This document shows positions 20,698 through 30,752 of a stretch of 64,000 bases of DNA, piece after piece. Location: positions 242,260-306,259 of the forward strand of contig JBFGJG010000001.1 of the NCBI GenBank assembly GCA_041577295.1, in the 5' to 3' direction. This stretch comes from Gemmatimonadales bacterium (GTDB taxonomy: Bacteria > Gemmatimonadota > Gemmatimonadetes > Gemmatimonadales > GWC2-71-9). Each line of letters opens with the position of its first letter. The first letter of the stretch is position 1. The translations under genes were made by a program, and so were the position numbers. The notes beneath the pieces were generated by a model, which was not told where the DNA came from, ran no database searches, and saw only the letters and a list, made by a program, of their open reading frames with translations.

Positions 20698-23600
20698 CCG
20701 TTTGCCTCACTCTCCGCCGAAAGTTGTGCACGCACCTCATCATCCGAGAGCTGCTCCACCTCCAAGATCGCCTGCGCGATCTCATCGAGTCCCTCCATCC
20801 CACCAAACGACGGTGCCAACGCGTGGACCAAACGTGCGACAGTTGGATGCTCAAAGAGGAGCCGAACGGGGATCTCGTTCTGGAAGCGGTCACGAAGACT
20901 CGATACGAGCCGAGTTGCCAGCAGAGAGTGACCGCCGAGCTCGAAGAAATTGTCATCGATACCGAGATGCTCGACCTCCAACACCGCTTGCCACAGACGG
21001 TGCACCAACCGTTCGGATGGGGTCGTTGGCGGCCTGACGGCGGCTCCCGTTGCGGTGTGCGGGTCAGGCGCAGGGAGCGCCTGCCGATTCACCTTGCCGT
21101 TCGGCGTCAGCGGCAGACTGTCCAAAAAGACGAAGTGCGCTGGCACCATGTAGTCCGGCAACCGGCCACGCAGGAACTCCCAGAGGGTGGATTGGTCCGT
21201 GCCACCATCCGTGACGACATAGGCCACCAGCCGCCGCCTGTCGTTGCTGTCGTCGAGCACCGCTGCACACCGGCGCACCGACTCGTGTCGCTGCAGCGCT
21301 TCCTCAATGTCCGCCAGCTCTACTCGAAAGCCGCGGACCTTCACCTGATGATCCTTGCGGCCGATCAGCTCGAGGTTGCCATCGTGGCGCATCCGCACGA
21401 GGTCACCCGTTCGAAACAGCTTCCCGTACAGTCCATCTCCGTATGGATTGTCCACGAACCGCTCGTCAGTGAGCTCATCCAGGTTGAGGTATCCCTCAGC
21501 CAAACAGGCACCCGCGACACACATCTCGCCCACGGCACCAATGGGTGTTGGTCGAAGTGCATCGTCGAGCACGTAGACCCGAGTGTTCGGAAGTGGGTGG
21601 CCAACCGGCACGCGGCTGGCGTCCGCCGGTAGGTCGGACGTGTCATAACACGTCACGTTCGACGAACACTCGGTGGATCCATACAGATTGAGCAGTGGGA
21701 CATCGGGAAAGACGCGACGCCACCGATTGATCATGCTCACGGGTATGGGCTCGGCGCTCGTCGTCGCGAGGCGCAGCGTCTGCCACGCGCCCGGGTGTGC
21801 CTCGGCTTGATCGAGCAGACCCTCGAAGAACGGCGGCGAGGCGAGTACGTGGGTCACCCCGTGTTCCACCAGTCGTCCCCAAATGGCGGCTGCGTCGATG
21901 ATCTCGTCCTGCGAGAGGATGACGGTGGGGATTCCCTTGAGGAGACCACCGAAGCATTCCCAGGTCGCCGCCACCAAGGCGTACGACTTCTGCAGCAGCG
22001 CCACATCCCCATCGTGGAAGGGATGATCTTCCCACATCCATCGCAGCCGGTTCAACACCGCGCGCGCAGGGATCAGCGCACCTTTGGGTATGCCGGTACT
22101 GGCAGATGTGTAGACGACGTTCAGGGTGTGCTCGGGTGGCGTGGCGATTCCCAGGTTTTCGGCCTGCATGGAGGCAATCGCGGAGCGCTCGCCGTCCAGC
22201 ACCACCGTGGTGCCCGCAAAGCGCTCGAACCGATTGTAGACCTCATGCACGACCAGCACAGCCGGTTGCGCGTCGTTTAGGATGGCCTCGAGCCTCGGGA
22301 CTGGATAGGTCGGCTCGAGCGCGACATAGCTGCCCCCCGCTTTCAGCACTCCGAGAATCGTGACAATGGTATCGAACGACCGTCCCACGCAGAGTCCAAC
22401 CCGGACACCCTTCTTCACACCGTGTTGCTGCAGGTAACGCGCGAGTTGATTCGCCTGCCGGTTCAGGTCCGCGTACGTACAGGTGCGTCCTTCGAAGATC
22501 AATGCGGTCGCATCCGGTGTACGCGCTGCCTGTTCCTCGAACAACTGCGGGAGGGACGTGACGAGATCCACTGAACGATCGGTTTGGTTCAGCTCTACCA
22601 GCACACGGTCGCGTTCACCAGGCGATAAGAGCTCGAGCTCCGAAATCCGCGTGGCCGGATTGCGCACGATGTTGCGCAGAAGGATCTCGTAGTTCGCAAC
22701 CATTCGTTCAACCGTCTCATGGTCAAAAAGCGCCGTGAGGTACGCGATCTGAAAGAACAGCCGGTCGCCCTGTTCCTGTGCGTAGAACGACATGTCGTAC
22801 TTCGTGTACCCGGTATCCACCTCACTGAAACCAAGCGTGAGCCCGCCGAACTCGTAGGTGCTATGCGGCAGGTTCAGCATGTTGAACATGACCTGAAACA
22901 CGGGGGCGACACTCGTGTCACGCGCCGTGCGAGTCCCCTCCGCCATCCACGCAAAGGGATAGTCGGCGTTCGTCATCGCGCCCGTCACCGTCTGACGGAC
23001 GTGGTGCAGCAGCTCCGCAAACGTCGGATCATCTGCAAGATCGGCACGCAGCGGCAGCATGTTGAGGAAGAAGCCAACGAGACGTTCCGTGCGGGCATCA
23101 GTCCGGTTGGCGATCGGCGAGCCCAGGATGATGTCGTGCTGGCCGGTATACGCTCGAAGCAAGACATAGGACGCTGCCAGCAATGTCATGAAGAGCGTGG
23201 CGTTCGCTTCCGTGCTCGTCGTGCGCAGCGCCCGGCTAAGGTCCGTGTCGAGCATGATGCTTCGCGCAGCACCGCGATAGTTGGGCGTATTACTGCGCGA
23301 ACGGTCGGTGGGGAGGTTCAGGACCGGCAGCTCACCCGAAAGTTGGGAACGCCAGAAGCTCTCTTGCGCTTCCATCGCATCGCGCGTCAATCGCTCCCGC
23401 TCCCACAGGAGGTAGTCTGCGAACCCAACCTCGAGCGACTTGACGGACTCCTCACCACCCGCCTGGAAGCCCGCGTAGTACTGGCCGAGATCGTTGACGA
23501 TGACGGAAATGCCCCAGAGGTCGAGGATGATCTCGTGGAAGGTGATCAGGAGCTCGTACCGCTCGTCACCAAGCTTGAACAGTCGCGGCTGCAACAGCGC

Positions 23601-26600
23601 ATCTTGCTCGAGATCGAGCGCTTGCTGTCCCCACTCTCGCGCCATCGCATGCATCCGGGAAAGGCGCTCCGACGGTGCAAGATCCGTAAGATCGATGAGC
23701 GGTAGCTCTTCGGCCCGGCGGTCGTCGAAAGACTGCACCGGCTCGCCGTCCTCCGTGGCGAAACGAGCGCGCAGCACCTCGTGACGATCGATCACGGCCC
23801 GCCACGCGGCTCGCAGGATTTCGACATCGACGGGCCCGTCGATGTGAATCGTTCCTTGTGCTGTGTAAAACGGATTCTGTGGCTCGAGGCGCCACAGAAA
23901 CCACACCCCTTGCTGTGCATGGCTCAGCGGATAGGAAGAGCGATCCGCGTCCCGCGCGGGGACGAGCGCGGCTCCATCACCGCTGGCCTCCAGTGCGTCG
24001 AGACGCGCCGCCAGCTCCGCAACGGTGCCGTGCTCGAAGAGATCGCGGAAAGATATGGGAATCCCCGTCGCATCTCGCGTGCGATTGAGCACCTGCATGG
24101 CGAGCAACGAGTCACCACCCAACTCGAAGAACCCATCGTGCACTCCAACGCGGTCGAGACCCAGGATCTCACGCCATACCTCGACCAAGAGCCGTTCGCG
24201 ATCCGTCGTCGGGGGAACGAACGGCTGCTTCAGCTCAGGGCGCAGGAAGTCCGGCTCCGGCAATGCGTGAACATCGAGCTTGCGGTTGGCGTTGAGGGGA
24301 AGCGCATCGAGCTGCAGCAACTGGTGCGGGATCATGTGAGGCGGAAGCTCACCCTCTAGGAAGGTGCGAAGCTCACTGCCCGGCACCGGTCGCCGTGCCG
24401 TGTAATACGCGACGAGCACCTGAGGACCCTCCCGGTGAGATGGTGCGCGCGCTTCGCGTTCCTTTGCAACGAGCTTGGTCCGCACACCGCGTGGTCGCCG
24501 GACCACCGCGGCACAATCGGCAACGCTCTCGTGCCGACGGACGGCCGCCTCGACATCACCCAACTCGACACGAATCCCTCGCAGCTTGACTAGATTGTCG
24601 CGGCGCCCGAAGAACTCGATCGTGCCGTTGCCACACCAGCGCGCCATGTCACCGGTTCGAAAGACCGGATCAGGGAAATCGTCGTGGAGCGGATTCTGAA
24701 TGAACCGCGCAGCCGTTTCCGCGGGCCGCTCGAAGTATCCTCGGGTCAAGTAAGGGCTTCGTATGTAGATCTCGCCACGCACACCGATGGGACACAGGCG
24801 GCCGTGCGGGTCGAGGATGAGGATCTGCCGCCCACGAATCGCGCTGCCAACCGAAACTGTCGTCTGATCGGCCGCCACGGAGGTGACATGGTAATGTGTC
24901 GCGAGCACGCATTCGCTCGGACCGTACAGGTTGTGTAGCTGTGGCGGGTGCGGGAAAGCCTCGAGCAGCGTTTTCGCGAGATCAACCGGTAGTACCTCAC
25001 CTGCCAGCAACAAAGCACGAACGTTTGGAAGCGGATGACCCTCCTCAGGCTCGGACTGCTCGCGCCAGACCTGTACCAGCTCACGGCAAAAACTCGGAAC
25101 AACCTGGAGTATCGTCACCTGTTCCCGGCGCACCCAATCGACAAGACGGCCGGGATCGAACCGCACCGTTTCGTGCGCCATGCAGAGCGTTGCTCCAACG
25201 CACAAAGTGCCAAAGATCTCGCAGTACGAGGCGTCGTACGCGATGGACGCCCACTGCGCCCACCGTTCAGAAGCGACGATGCCAAAGTGTTCGCTCTGCC
25301 AGATAAGAAATTGGCAGAAACTGCGGTGGGTCTGGACGATGCCCTTGGGCTTCCCTGTGGAACCGGACGTGTACACGATGTACGCCGTCGCCGCCGGATC
25401 CACCGACACGTCGGGGTTCTCCTGGGAACGCGCCGCGAGAAACGCGCGCCCGTACCGTTCATGCGCATTCTCCGACCCATCAATGCCCTCATCCAAATCC
25501 AGCTGCACGAGACGGTTGCCCGCTCCGGTCCACCACGAATCGAGGTCGGGGTGACGCTCCAGGGTATTGGATTCTGCAATCAGCAGCGTCGTGCCGGTCT
25601 CATCCAGAACTTCGCGCAGTCGTTTGGTGGGATGCACGGGATCCAAACAGACGAACGCGCCACCTGCCTTCAATACCGCGAACATCGCCACGACCTGTTG
25701 CGGACCGTTTTCCAACAACACTGCGATGGGCTGCTCTGCGACCACCGAGAGCTCGAGCAGTGCGTGGGCCACTCGATTGCTCTGCGCATTGAGCTCTTCG
25801 TACGTGATCTCGTTGCCATCGAAGGTGATTGCGACGGCGTGGGGCGTCGCGCGTGTCTGTTTCTCGAACAGGGTGTGCAGCGCCTCGAGCGGGGTGTCGT
25901 CCGCGGTATGATCCCACTCATGGATGAGGCGCCGGGTCTCCTGTTCTGTCAGGACATCCACATCCGAAACGTCGATGAGCGGATTGGACGCCACGGCATG
26001 CAGAAGGCTTTCGAAGTGCCCCGCGATCCGGGCTGCTGCCGCGGGATCGAATGCGTCCGCTGCGTAGACGAGCACTCCATGCACCGTGCCGTCGAAGCCC
26101 TCGTCTATCCGCAACTCGAGATCACACACCGCTTCCGATCTCGTGATATGCACGTCGGTCAGAACTGCCTCACCACCATTGCGTCCTCGGGGCAAATGTT
26201 CGCCGCGAGCGGTGAAGCCCACTTGGTATCGCTCGCGATCGGCGTTCCAGCTATGTCCACCAGTCGCTTCCGCCGCGGTGCTCAGCGCAGCACGAACCAG
26301 CGTGAGGATCTCTCGGAACGACGTGGCGGTTCGTGGATCGAACCGGACGGGTGTCCGCGCATCGAGACAGCCAAGGAGAGCTTCCGATCCTGGGTGCCGG
26401 CGTTCGCCGTCGGACAGCCAAATAACCACGTCACTCTCTGGCGAGTACCGGTGGAGAAGCGACGCAAACGCCGCGAACAGCACGGTCGTGACCGTCACCC
26501 GTTCCGCATCGGCCACCCGCCGTAGCCCAGTGAGTAACGGGCTCGGGAAGAGGAGAACGGCTTCACGTGGCTCGGAGCGGGCGTCGTCACGGCGAGCAGT

Positions 26601-27299
26601 GGTGGGCAGTTCCAGCACCGGCGGTTGCTCGCTGTCCCCCGCCACCGCGCTTCCGTTCGCTCCCTCCCAGACCACGATGTCGCGGAGAGACAGTGGCACG
26701 CGATCCGCTAAATCGACCGCATCACCCTTTCGCGCGGCGTAGTCCGCCAGGACTTGGCCGACGAGCACGTGAAGCGAGTACTCGTCGAGAGCCAACGCCG
26801 GAGCACTCAAGATGAGAACACGCTCGCGATCGAGCTCGATCAAATGCGCCCACAGCGACACCCCCTCTTCCGTCGACGTTTGCCGCTCGCTTGCCGTCTG
26901 CACCGCCCGAGCGACCACTGCTTCCTGTTCGACGGCGTTCTGCCGGGAACAATCCGTGATCTCCACGCACGGAACGGCGGATTCACGCACATACTGCTGC
27001 GGACCGCGCCCGTCCCGGATAAAGGCGAGGCGAAGTGCTTCGTTCCTGGCAACCGCCGCGTGCAGGGCCTCACGCAGAGCCTTCTGGTCTAACGCGCCGG
27101 CAATGCGCAAGGTGGCAACGACGTTTTGGTGAATCGCCCCATTGCTCGACGCCCACAGCTTGGACTGGGCACGCGTCAAGGGGAACGAACCACCCTCCTG
27201 GTGGGTCTCGAGGCGACCGACCTCGTGCTCACATCGCGTGCCGAGCAACCGGTCCAGAGTATCCACGGACGGCCTCGGCGGGCGTCGCGTATCCGTCAC
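20694..27299 (-). CDS. Bimodular NRPS C*-A-T-C*-A-T with both C domains non-canonical
   Basis: C1 motif degenerate (PALALDE); A1 YTSGSTGKPKG; T1 GGDSL; C2 HEIILDL; A2 YTSASTGIPKG and YGSTEC; T2 GGHSL. Confidence 0.92.
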   Translation of the reverse strand: MTDTRRPPRPSVDTLDRLLGTRCEHEVGRLETHQEGGSFPLTRAQSKLWASSNGAIHQNVVATLRIAGALDQKALREALHAAVARNEALRLAFIRDGRGPQQYVRESAVPCVEITDCSRQNAVEQEAVVARAVQTASERQTSTEEGVSLWAHLIELDRERVLILSAPALALDEYSLHVLVGQVLADYAARKGDAVDLADRVPLSLRDIVVWEGANGSAVAGDSEQPPVLELPTTARRDDARSEPREAVLLFPSPLLTGLRRVADAERVTVTTVLFAAFASLLHRYSPESDVVIWLSDGERRHPGSEALLGCLDARTPVRFDPRTATSFREILTLVRAALSTAAEATGGHSWNADRERYQVGFTARGEHLPRGRNGGEAVLTDVHITRSEAVCDLELRIDEGFDGTVHGVLVYAADAFDPAAAARIAGHFESLLHAVASNPLIDVSDVDVLTEQETRRLIHEWDHTADDTPLEALHTLFEKQTRATPHAVAITFDGNEITYEELNAQSNRVAHALLELSVVAEQPIAVLLENGPQQVVAMFAVLKAGGAFVCLDPVHPTKRLREVLDETGTTLLIAESNTLERHPDLDSWWTGAGNRLVQLDLDEGIDGSENAHERYGRAFLAARSQENPDVSVDPAATAYIVYTSGSTGKPKGIVQTHRSFCQFLIWQSEHFGIVASERWAQWASIAYDASYCEIFGTLCVGATLCMAHETVRFDPGRLVDWVRREQVTILQVVPSFCRELVQVWREQSEPEEGHPLPNVRALLLAGEVLPVDLAKTLLEAFPHPPQLHNLYGPSECVLATHYHVTSVAADQTTVSVGSAIRGRQILILDPHGRLCPIGVRGEIYIRSPYLTRGYFERPAETAARFIQNPLHDDFPDPVFRTGDMARWCGNGTIEFFGRRDNLVKLRGIRVELGDVEAAVRRHESVADCAAVVRRPRGVRTKLVAKEREARAPSHREGPQVLVAYYTARRPVPGSELRTFLEGELPPHMIPHQLLQLDALPLNANRKLDVHALPEPDFLRPELKQPFVPPTTDRERLLVEVWREILGLDRVGVHDGFFELGGDSLLAMQVLNRTRDATGIPISFRDLFEHGTVAELAARLDALEASGDGAALVPARDADRSSYPLSHAQQGVWFLWRLEPQNPFYTAQGTIHIDGPVDVEILRAAWRAVIDRHEVLRARFATEDGEPVQSFDDRRAEELPLIDLTDLAPSERLSRMHAMAREWGQQALDLEQDALLQPRLFKLGDERYELLITFHEIILDLWGISVIVNDLGQYYAGFQAGGEESVKSLEVGFADYLLWERERLTRDAMEAQESFWRSQLSGELPVLNLPTDRSRSNTPNYRGAARSIMLDTDLSRALRTTSTEANATLFMTLLAASYVLLRAYTGQHDIILGSPIANRTDARTERLVGFFLNMLPLRADLADDPTFAELLHHVRQTVTGAMTNADYPFAWMAEGTRTARDTSVAPVFQVMFNMLNLPHSTYEFGGLTLGFSEVDTGYTKYDMSFYAQEQGDRLFFQIAYLTALFDHETVERMVANYEILLRNIVRNPATRISELELLSPGERDRVLVELNQTDRSVDLVTSLPQLFEEQAARTPDATALIFEGRTCTYADLNRQANQLARYLQQHGVKKGVRVGLCVGRSFDTIVTILGVLKAGGSYVALEPTYPVPRLEAILNDAQPAVLVVHEVYNRFERFAGTTVVLDGERSAIASMQAENLGIATPPEHTLNVVYTSASTGIPKGALIPARAVLNRLRWMWEDHPFHDGDVALLQKSYALVAATWECFGGLLKGIPTVILSQDEIIDAAAIWGRLVEHGVTHVLASPPFFEGLLDQAEAHPGAWQTLRLATTSAEPIPVSMINRWRRVFPDVPLLNLYGSTECSSNVTCYDTSDLPADASRVPVGHPLPNTRVYVLDDALRPTPIGAVGEMCVAGACLAEGYLNLDELTDERFVDNPYGDGLYGKLFRTGDLVRMRHDGNLELIGRKDHQVKVRGFRVELADIEEALQRHESVRRCAAVLDDSNDRRRLVAYVVTDGGTDQSTLWEFLRGRLPDYMVPAHFVFLDSLPLTPNGKVNRQALPAPDPHTATGAAVRPPTTPSERLVHRLWQAVLEVEHLGIDDNFFELGGHSLLATRLVSSLRDRFQNEIPVRLLFEHPTVARLVHALAPSFGGMEGLDEIAQAILEVEQLSDDEVRAQLSAESEANG

Positions 27300-27304
27300 G
27301 CGTG

Positions 27305-28873
27305 CTACTCCAGCCCCAGCTGTCCGGCCCAGCTCCGACGGTGGGCCAGAAAGAACTCGCGTGCGCGCTCGATGTCGTCCGCCAAGACGCGGTCCTTATC
27401 GAGGAAGTCCACCTCTTCCCGGAAGGCGTCCACGATCGCGCGCGCCGGCTCAGAGAGTTGCAACCCCTTGTTGAGCTCGATGGCCTGAGCCGCGGTGAGG
27501 AGCTCGATCCCCATGATGTAACCACAATTCTCCACGATCGTCATGAGCTTGAACGCCGAGGTGCCACCCATGCTGACGTGGTCTTCCTGCAGCTGACAGG
27601 TTGGGATCGTGTCCACGCTCGCGGGCGTACACAGCACCTTGTTTTCGTTTACGAGCGCGGCCGACGTGTATTGCGCGATCATGAAGCCCGAGTTGAGCCC
27701 GGGCCGATTCACCAAGAAATCGGGGAGACCACGCTCTCCCGATAGCAGCTGGTACGTGCGGCGCTCCGAGATGTTGGCAAGCTCGCTCACAGCCATGGCG
27801 AGAAAATCGAGTGCGAAGGCTGTGGACTGACCGTGCAGATTGCCGCCAAAGAGGATCTTGTCCTGTTCCGGGAAGAACAACGGGTTGTCAGAAGTCCCGT
27901 TGCACTCCCGCTCGATCACTTGCTTTGTGAAACCGACGACCTGTCGAACCGCCCCATGCACTTGTGGCGTGCACCGATAGGAGTAGGGATCTTGCTTGGA
28001 GTGATTGCAGGTGGGCAGCTCGTGGTGATTGCTTCCCGCCAACAGCCTGGTCAGGTTCGCGGACACCGCTCGCCGCTCCGGATGATGCGACGTCTGATGG
28101 TACAGCGGATCGTAAAACGTCTCCGAAGCGCTGAACGCCTGAGCGCTCAGTGACGCCAAAACGTCGGCACACCTAACGAGATCGAGGATTTGCAACAGAC
28201 AGTCCACGGCGATCGCGTTGATGTACTGCACACCGTTGGTGAGGGCCAATCCCTCCTTGGGCTGCAATCGAATGGGGTCCCACTGTTGCTGCCGCAGCGC
28301 GTCGGCTCCGGACACCAGCCCGCCGTTGCGGTGCACCTTCCCCAGTCCGAGCAACGGCAGCGCCATGTGTGCGAGCGGTGCAAGATCACCGCTTGCACCA
28401 ACGGTGCCCTTCTTTGGGATGGCCGGTATCACACCGTGATTCCAGAAATCGAGCAGCCGTGACACCGGTCCCAGCGAGATCCCGGTGTGTCCGTTGCGAA
28501 AGGTCAGCAGCTTGATGAGCATAGTGAGCCGCGAGATCCGCTCCGAGACGGTCTCGCCCACACCAACCGCGTGGGACACGATGTGGTTGTACTGCAAGAG
28601 CTCCATCTCGTCGTCGCCGACCCGGGTCTCGCACAGGGAGCCGAACCCAGTATTCACGCCGTAGATGTAGCGATCCTCCGCGGCTTTCTTGAGCACAAAC
28701 TCCGCTCCAGCCGTGATCTTGTTTGCCGCGTCCGGATGAAGCGCCAACTGGGGTCGGCGGTCGACGATTTGCCCGAGATCCTCGATCGTGTAGAAATCGA
28801 GCGAGATCGCGTGGGTTGAAGCCGTGGAGTCGCTTCCGTCTCCGCCCGGTCTTACGCCGTGAGCCGTGCCCAT
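27305..28873 (-). CDS. hutH: MIO-dependent aromatic amino acid ammonia-lyase, histidine ammonia-lyase class
   Basis: YGVNTGFG, MIO triad GASGDLAPL, HAL-type SH pair (IVSHAVG) and QEDHVSM. Confidence 0.85.
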   Translation of the reverse strand: MGTAHGVRPGGDGSDSTASTHAISLDFYTIEDLGQIVDRRPQLALHPDAANKITAGAEFVLKKAAEDRYIYGVNTGFGSLCETRVGDDEMELLQYNHIVSHAVGVGETVSERISRLTMLIKLLTFRNGHTGISLGPVSRLLDFWNHGVIPAIPKKGTVGASGDLAPLAHMALPLLGLGKVHRNGGLVSGADALRQQQWDPIRLQPKEGLALTNGVQYINAIAVDCLLQILDLVRCADVLASLSAQAFSASETFYDPLYHQTSHHPERRAVSANLTRLLAGSNHHELPTCNHSKQDPYSYRCTPQVHGAVRQVVGFTKQVIERECNGTSDNPLFFPEQDKILFGGNLHGQSTAFALDFLAMAVSELANISERRTYQLLSGERGLPDFLVNRPGLNSGFMIAQYTSAALVNENKVLCTPASVDTIPTCQLQEDHVSMGGTSAFKLMTIVENCGYIMGIELLTAAQAIELNKGLQLSEPARAIVDAFREEVDFLDKDRVLADDIERAREFFLAHRRSWAGQLGLE

Positions 28874-29841
28874 TCCTCACCTTCTTGCTTTGCCAAGAGT
28901 TCCAGACAGTGTCGCAAGTCCTTGTACTCGGACTCAGGAATCTTGCGACCGTGGGAGAACGTGAACGTTTCGGGAATGGCACGAGCGGGCCGCGTCGGCG
29001 CGCCGTGCCGAATCATGAACTCCCCGATCCGCGACCCCTCGCGCCGCGCATTCTCACAGACGTCGCGGTACGAAATGCTGAGGAAGCGATCGTCACCAAT
29101 CGTGCGTCGGGCCTTCACGATCGCTCGCTCGACATAATGGACCTGCTTGCACACCTGGTGATGCAGTGGCTCGGATTCCAATCCCTCGCACTCCCGCGGT
29201 TTGGCGCCGAGCCATTCTGGATATTCGGCGCGCCGGGCGCGAATGATGGACTGCGCCGTGTCGACCCGGTCGCGACGCACGTGGATGAACGACGCGGTTG
29301 GGAACGTCTGCGCCAAGGCCTCGATGCGTACGCTGAGCGCGGTCGTCTTGTTGACGAACGGAAGCTCGAAAACGTTCTCGGTCGCGGCGACGGCTTGATA
29401 CATCGCGCGTGCACACCTTGGATCGAGCTCTTCGGGCGACACCGGCGAGTAACGCGAACCAAACCAGTGCGCCCACAACATCTCACCTTCCGTAGGAGCC
29501 GTGCGACCGCGAATATGGCCGTACGTGTTGCGAAACGGATCCGCGCGGTAATGCCGATCGACTGGGAGACTCCCGTGCAACCAGCGGATGATCTTGGCCG
29601 AGATGATGGGGAGTGGATAGCCCACCTGTTTCTGCGACTCGGCCAAGAGGTTGGTGAAGTGACATGTGGACAGACCCCACGCGACGACTTGCCGAACGAG
29701 GGTCGTACCGCTCCGAGCTGGGCCGACGATGAAGGTCGGGCTGTAGCGCAAGCGGTATTCGCGCGCGGCCGCCCGCTCCGCCACGGCCAGCGCTCGGAAG
29801 CACTGGTGCCGCGCATACCGGCGTATCTTCCAGACCCTCAC
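28852..29841 (-). CDS. PAPS-dependent sulfotransferase
   Basis: FIVGPARSGTTL (5'-PSB loop), VNKT, FIHVRRD...S (3'-PB) and ISYRDV. Confidence 0.8.
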   Translation of the reverse strand: MRVWKIRRYARHQCFRALAVAERAAAREYRLRYSPTFIVGPARSGTTLVRQVVAWGLSTCHFTNLLAESQKQVGYPLPIISAKIIRWLHGSLPVDRHYRADPFRNTYGHIRGRTAPTEGEMLWAHWFGSRYSPVSPEELDPRCARAMYQAVAATENVFELPFVNKTTALSVRIEALAQTFPTASFIHVRRDRVDTAQSIIRARRAEYPEWLGAKPRECEGLESEPLHHQVCKQVHYVERAIVKARRTIGDDRFLSISYRDVCENARREGSRIGEFMIRHGAPTRPARAIPETFTFSHGRKIPESEYKDLRHCLELLAKQEGEEWARLTA

Positions 29842-30632
29842 CGCCCACCCCCCTCAACACCTTTCCCCTCGACGATGTAGCCTTCGAGATCTCGGCCGAC
29901 GGCCGAAAGCACTTCAGCCCGAGCATCGCGCACAAAAAAGTGGCCGCCCGAAAACATCCGTATGCACATCCCGGATGCGGCGAGATCCGCCCACGGAGCC
30001 AGTTCCTCACTCGTGACGAGATGATCCTCATGCCCGCCAAAGACGGAGAGCGGACACCGGAGCTGGCTGCCCGGCGAAAACTCATAGGTCTCAAAAACCT
30101 GAAAGTCTGCCCGCAACGTTGGCAGGATCAGCTCTACCAGCTCCCGATTGGACAGCACGTCCTGCGGAATGGTGTCGAGCTGCTCGAGACCGGCAACGAA
30201 CTCAGCACTGGGGAGGTTGTGGAGCGGCCGTCGCTGTGGAGGCCGGTGCGGTGCCCGCGCTCCCGACGCGAACAGGTGCACGGGGCCGACTCGCCCGAGC
30301 CGGTCGAGCGCTCGTGCCAACTCGAACGCCACCGTACCGCCGAGGCTGTGACCGAAAATGGCAAACGGCAGATCCATGAACGGCGAGAGCGCTTCGACGA
30401 GCGCATCCACCAACGTCGCCATATCCGTGAACGGCGATTCAGACCAACGGGTCTCCCGACCGGGCAGCTGCACCGGGCACACGTCGATCGCAGGATCCAG
30501 CACACCGTCCCAGCCTCGAAACGTGGACGCCGCCCCTCCCGCATACGGCAGGCAAAAGAGGCGAAGCCGAGCGTCAGGACGCGGGGGGTCGAACGGCAGC
30601 CAGGGGCTGGCCGGCGTCGTACCGACTCTCAC
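29838..30632 (-). CDS. Type II thioesterase (GrsT/RifR-like)
   Basis: LFCLPYAGG, QLPGRE, GHSLG, LRADF and GGHFF. Confidence 0.92.
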   Translation of the reverse strand: MRVGTTPASPWLPFDPPRPDARLRLFCLPYAGGAASTFRGWDGVLDPAIDVCPVQLPGRETRWSESPFTDMATLVDALVEALSPFMDLPFAIFGHSLGGTVAFELARALDRLGRVGPVHLFASGARAPHRPPQRRPLHNLPSAEFVAGLEQLDTIPQDVLSNRELVELILPTLRADFQVFETYEFSPGSQLRCPLSVFGGHEDHLVTSEELAPWADLAASGMCIRMFSGGHFFVRDARAEVLSAVGRDLEGYIVEGKGVEGGGR

Positions 30633-30736
30633 TGAATAACAGGCCCTATTCCAGGGGCCGCATGTCCCGTTTTTTGGGTTGCCATCCCAGTCCGCGCGGT
30701 CGAGTTGTCGTGACGGCGATTACTAGCGGAGGGGCT

Positions 30737-30752
30737 TGCAAGCTTAACGCCA
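30737..30752 (-). promoter_or_regulatory. Sigma54 (-24/-12) promoter of the NRPS operon
   Basis: Minus strand TGGCGTTAAGCTTGCA (GG-N10-GC), about 105 nt upstream of the thioesterase start. Confidence 0.6.

Noticed and set aside
27305..28873. Part of a catabolic hut operon
   Set aside because: No hutU, hutI, hutG or hutC nearby, and the gene is tightly coupled to the sulfotransferase and NRPS.
14000..30000. Long plus-strand ORFs (e.g. 25035-26525, 28723-29880, 22719-23705)
   Set aside because: Antisense shadow ORFs of GC-rich genes with clear minus-strand identity.
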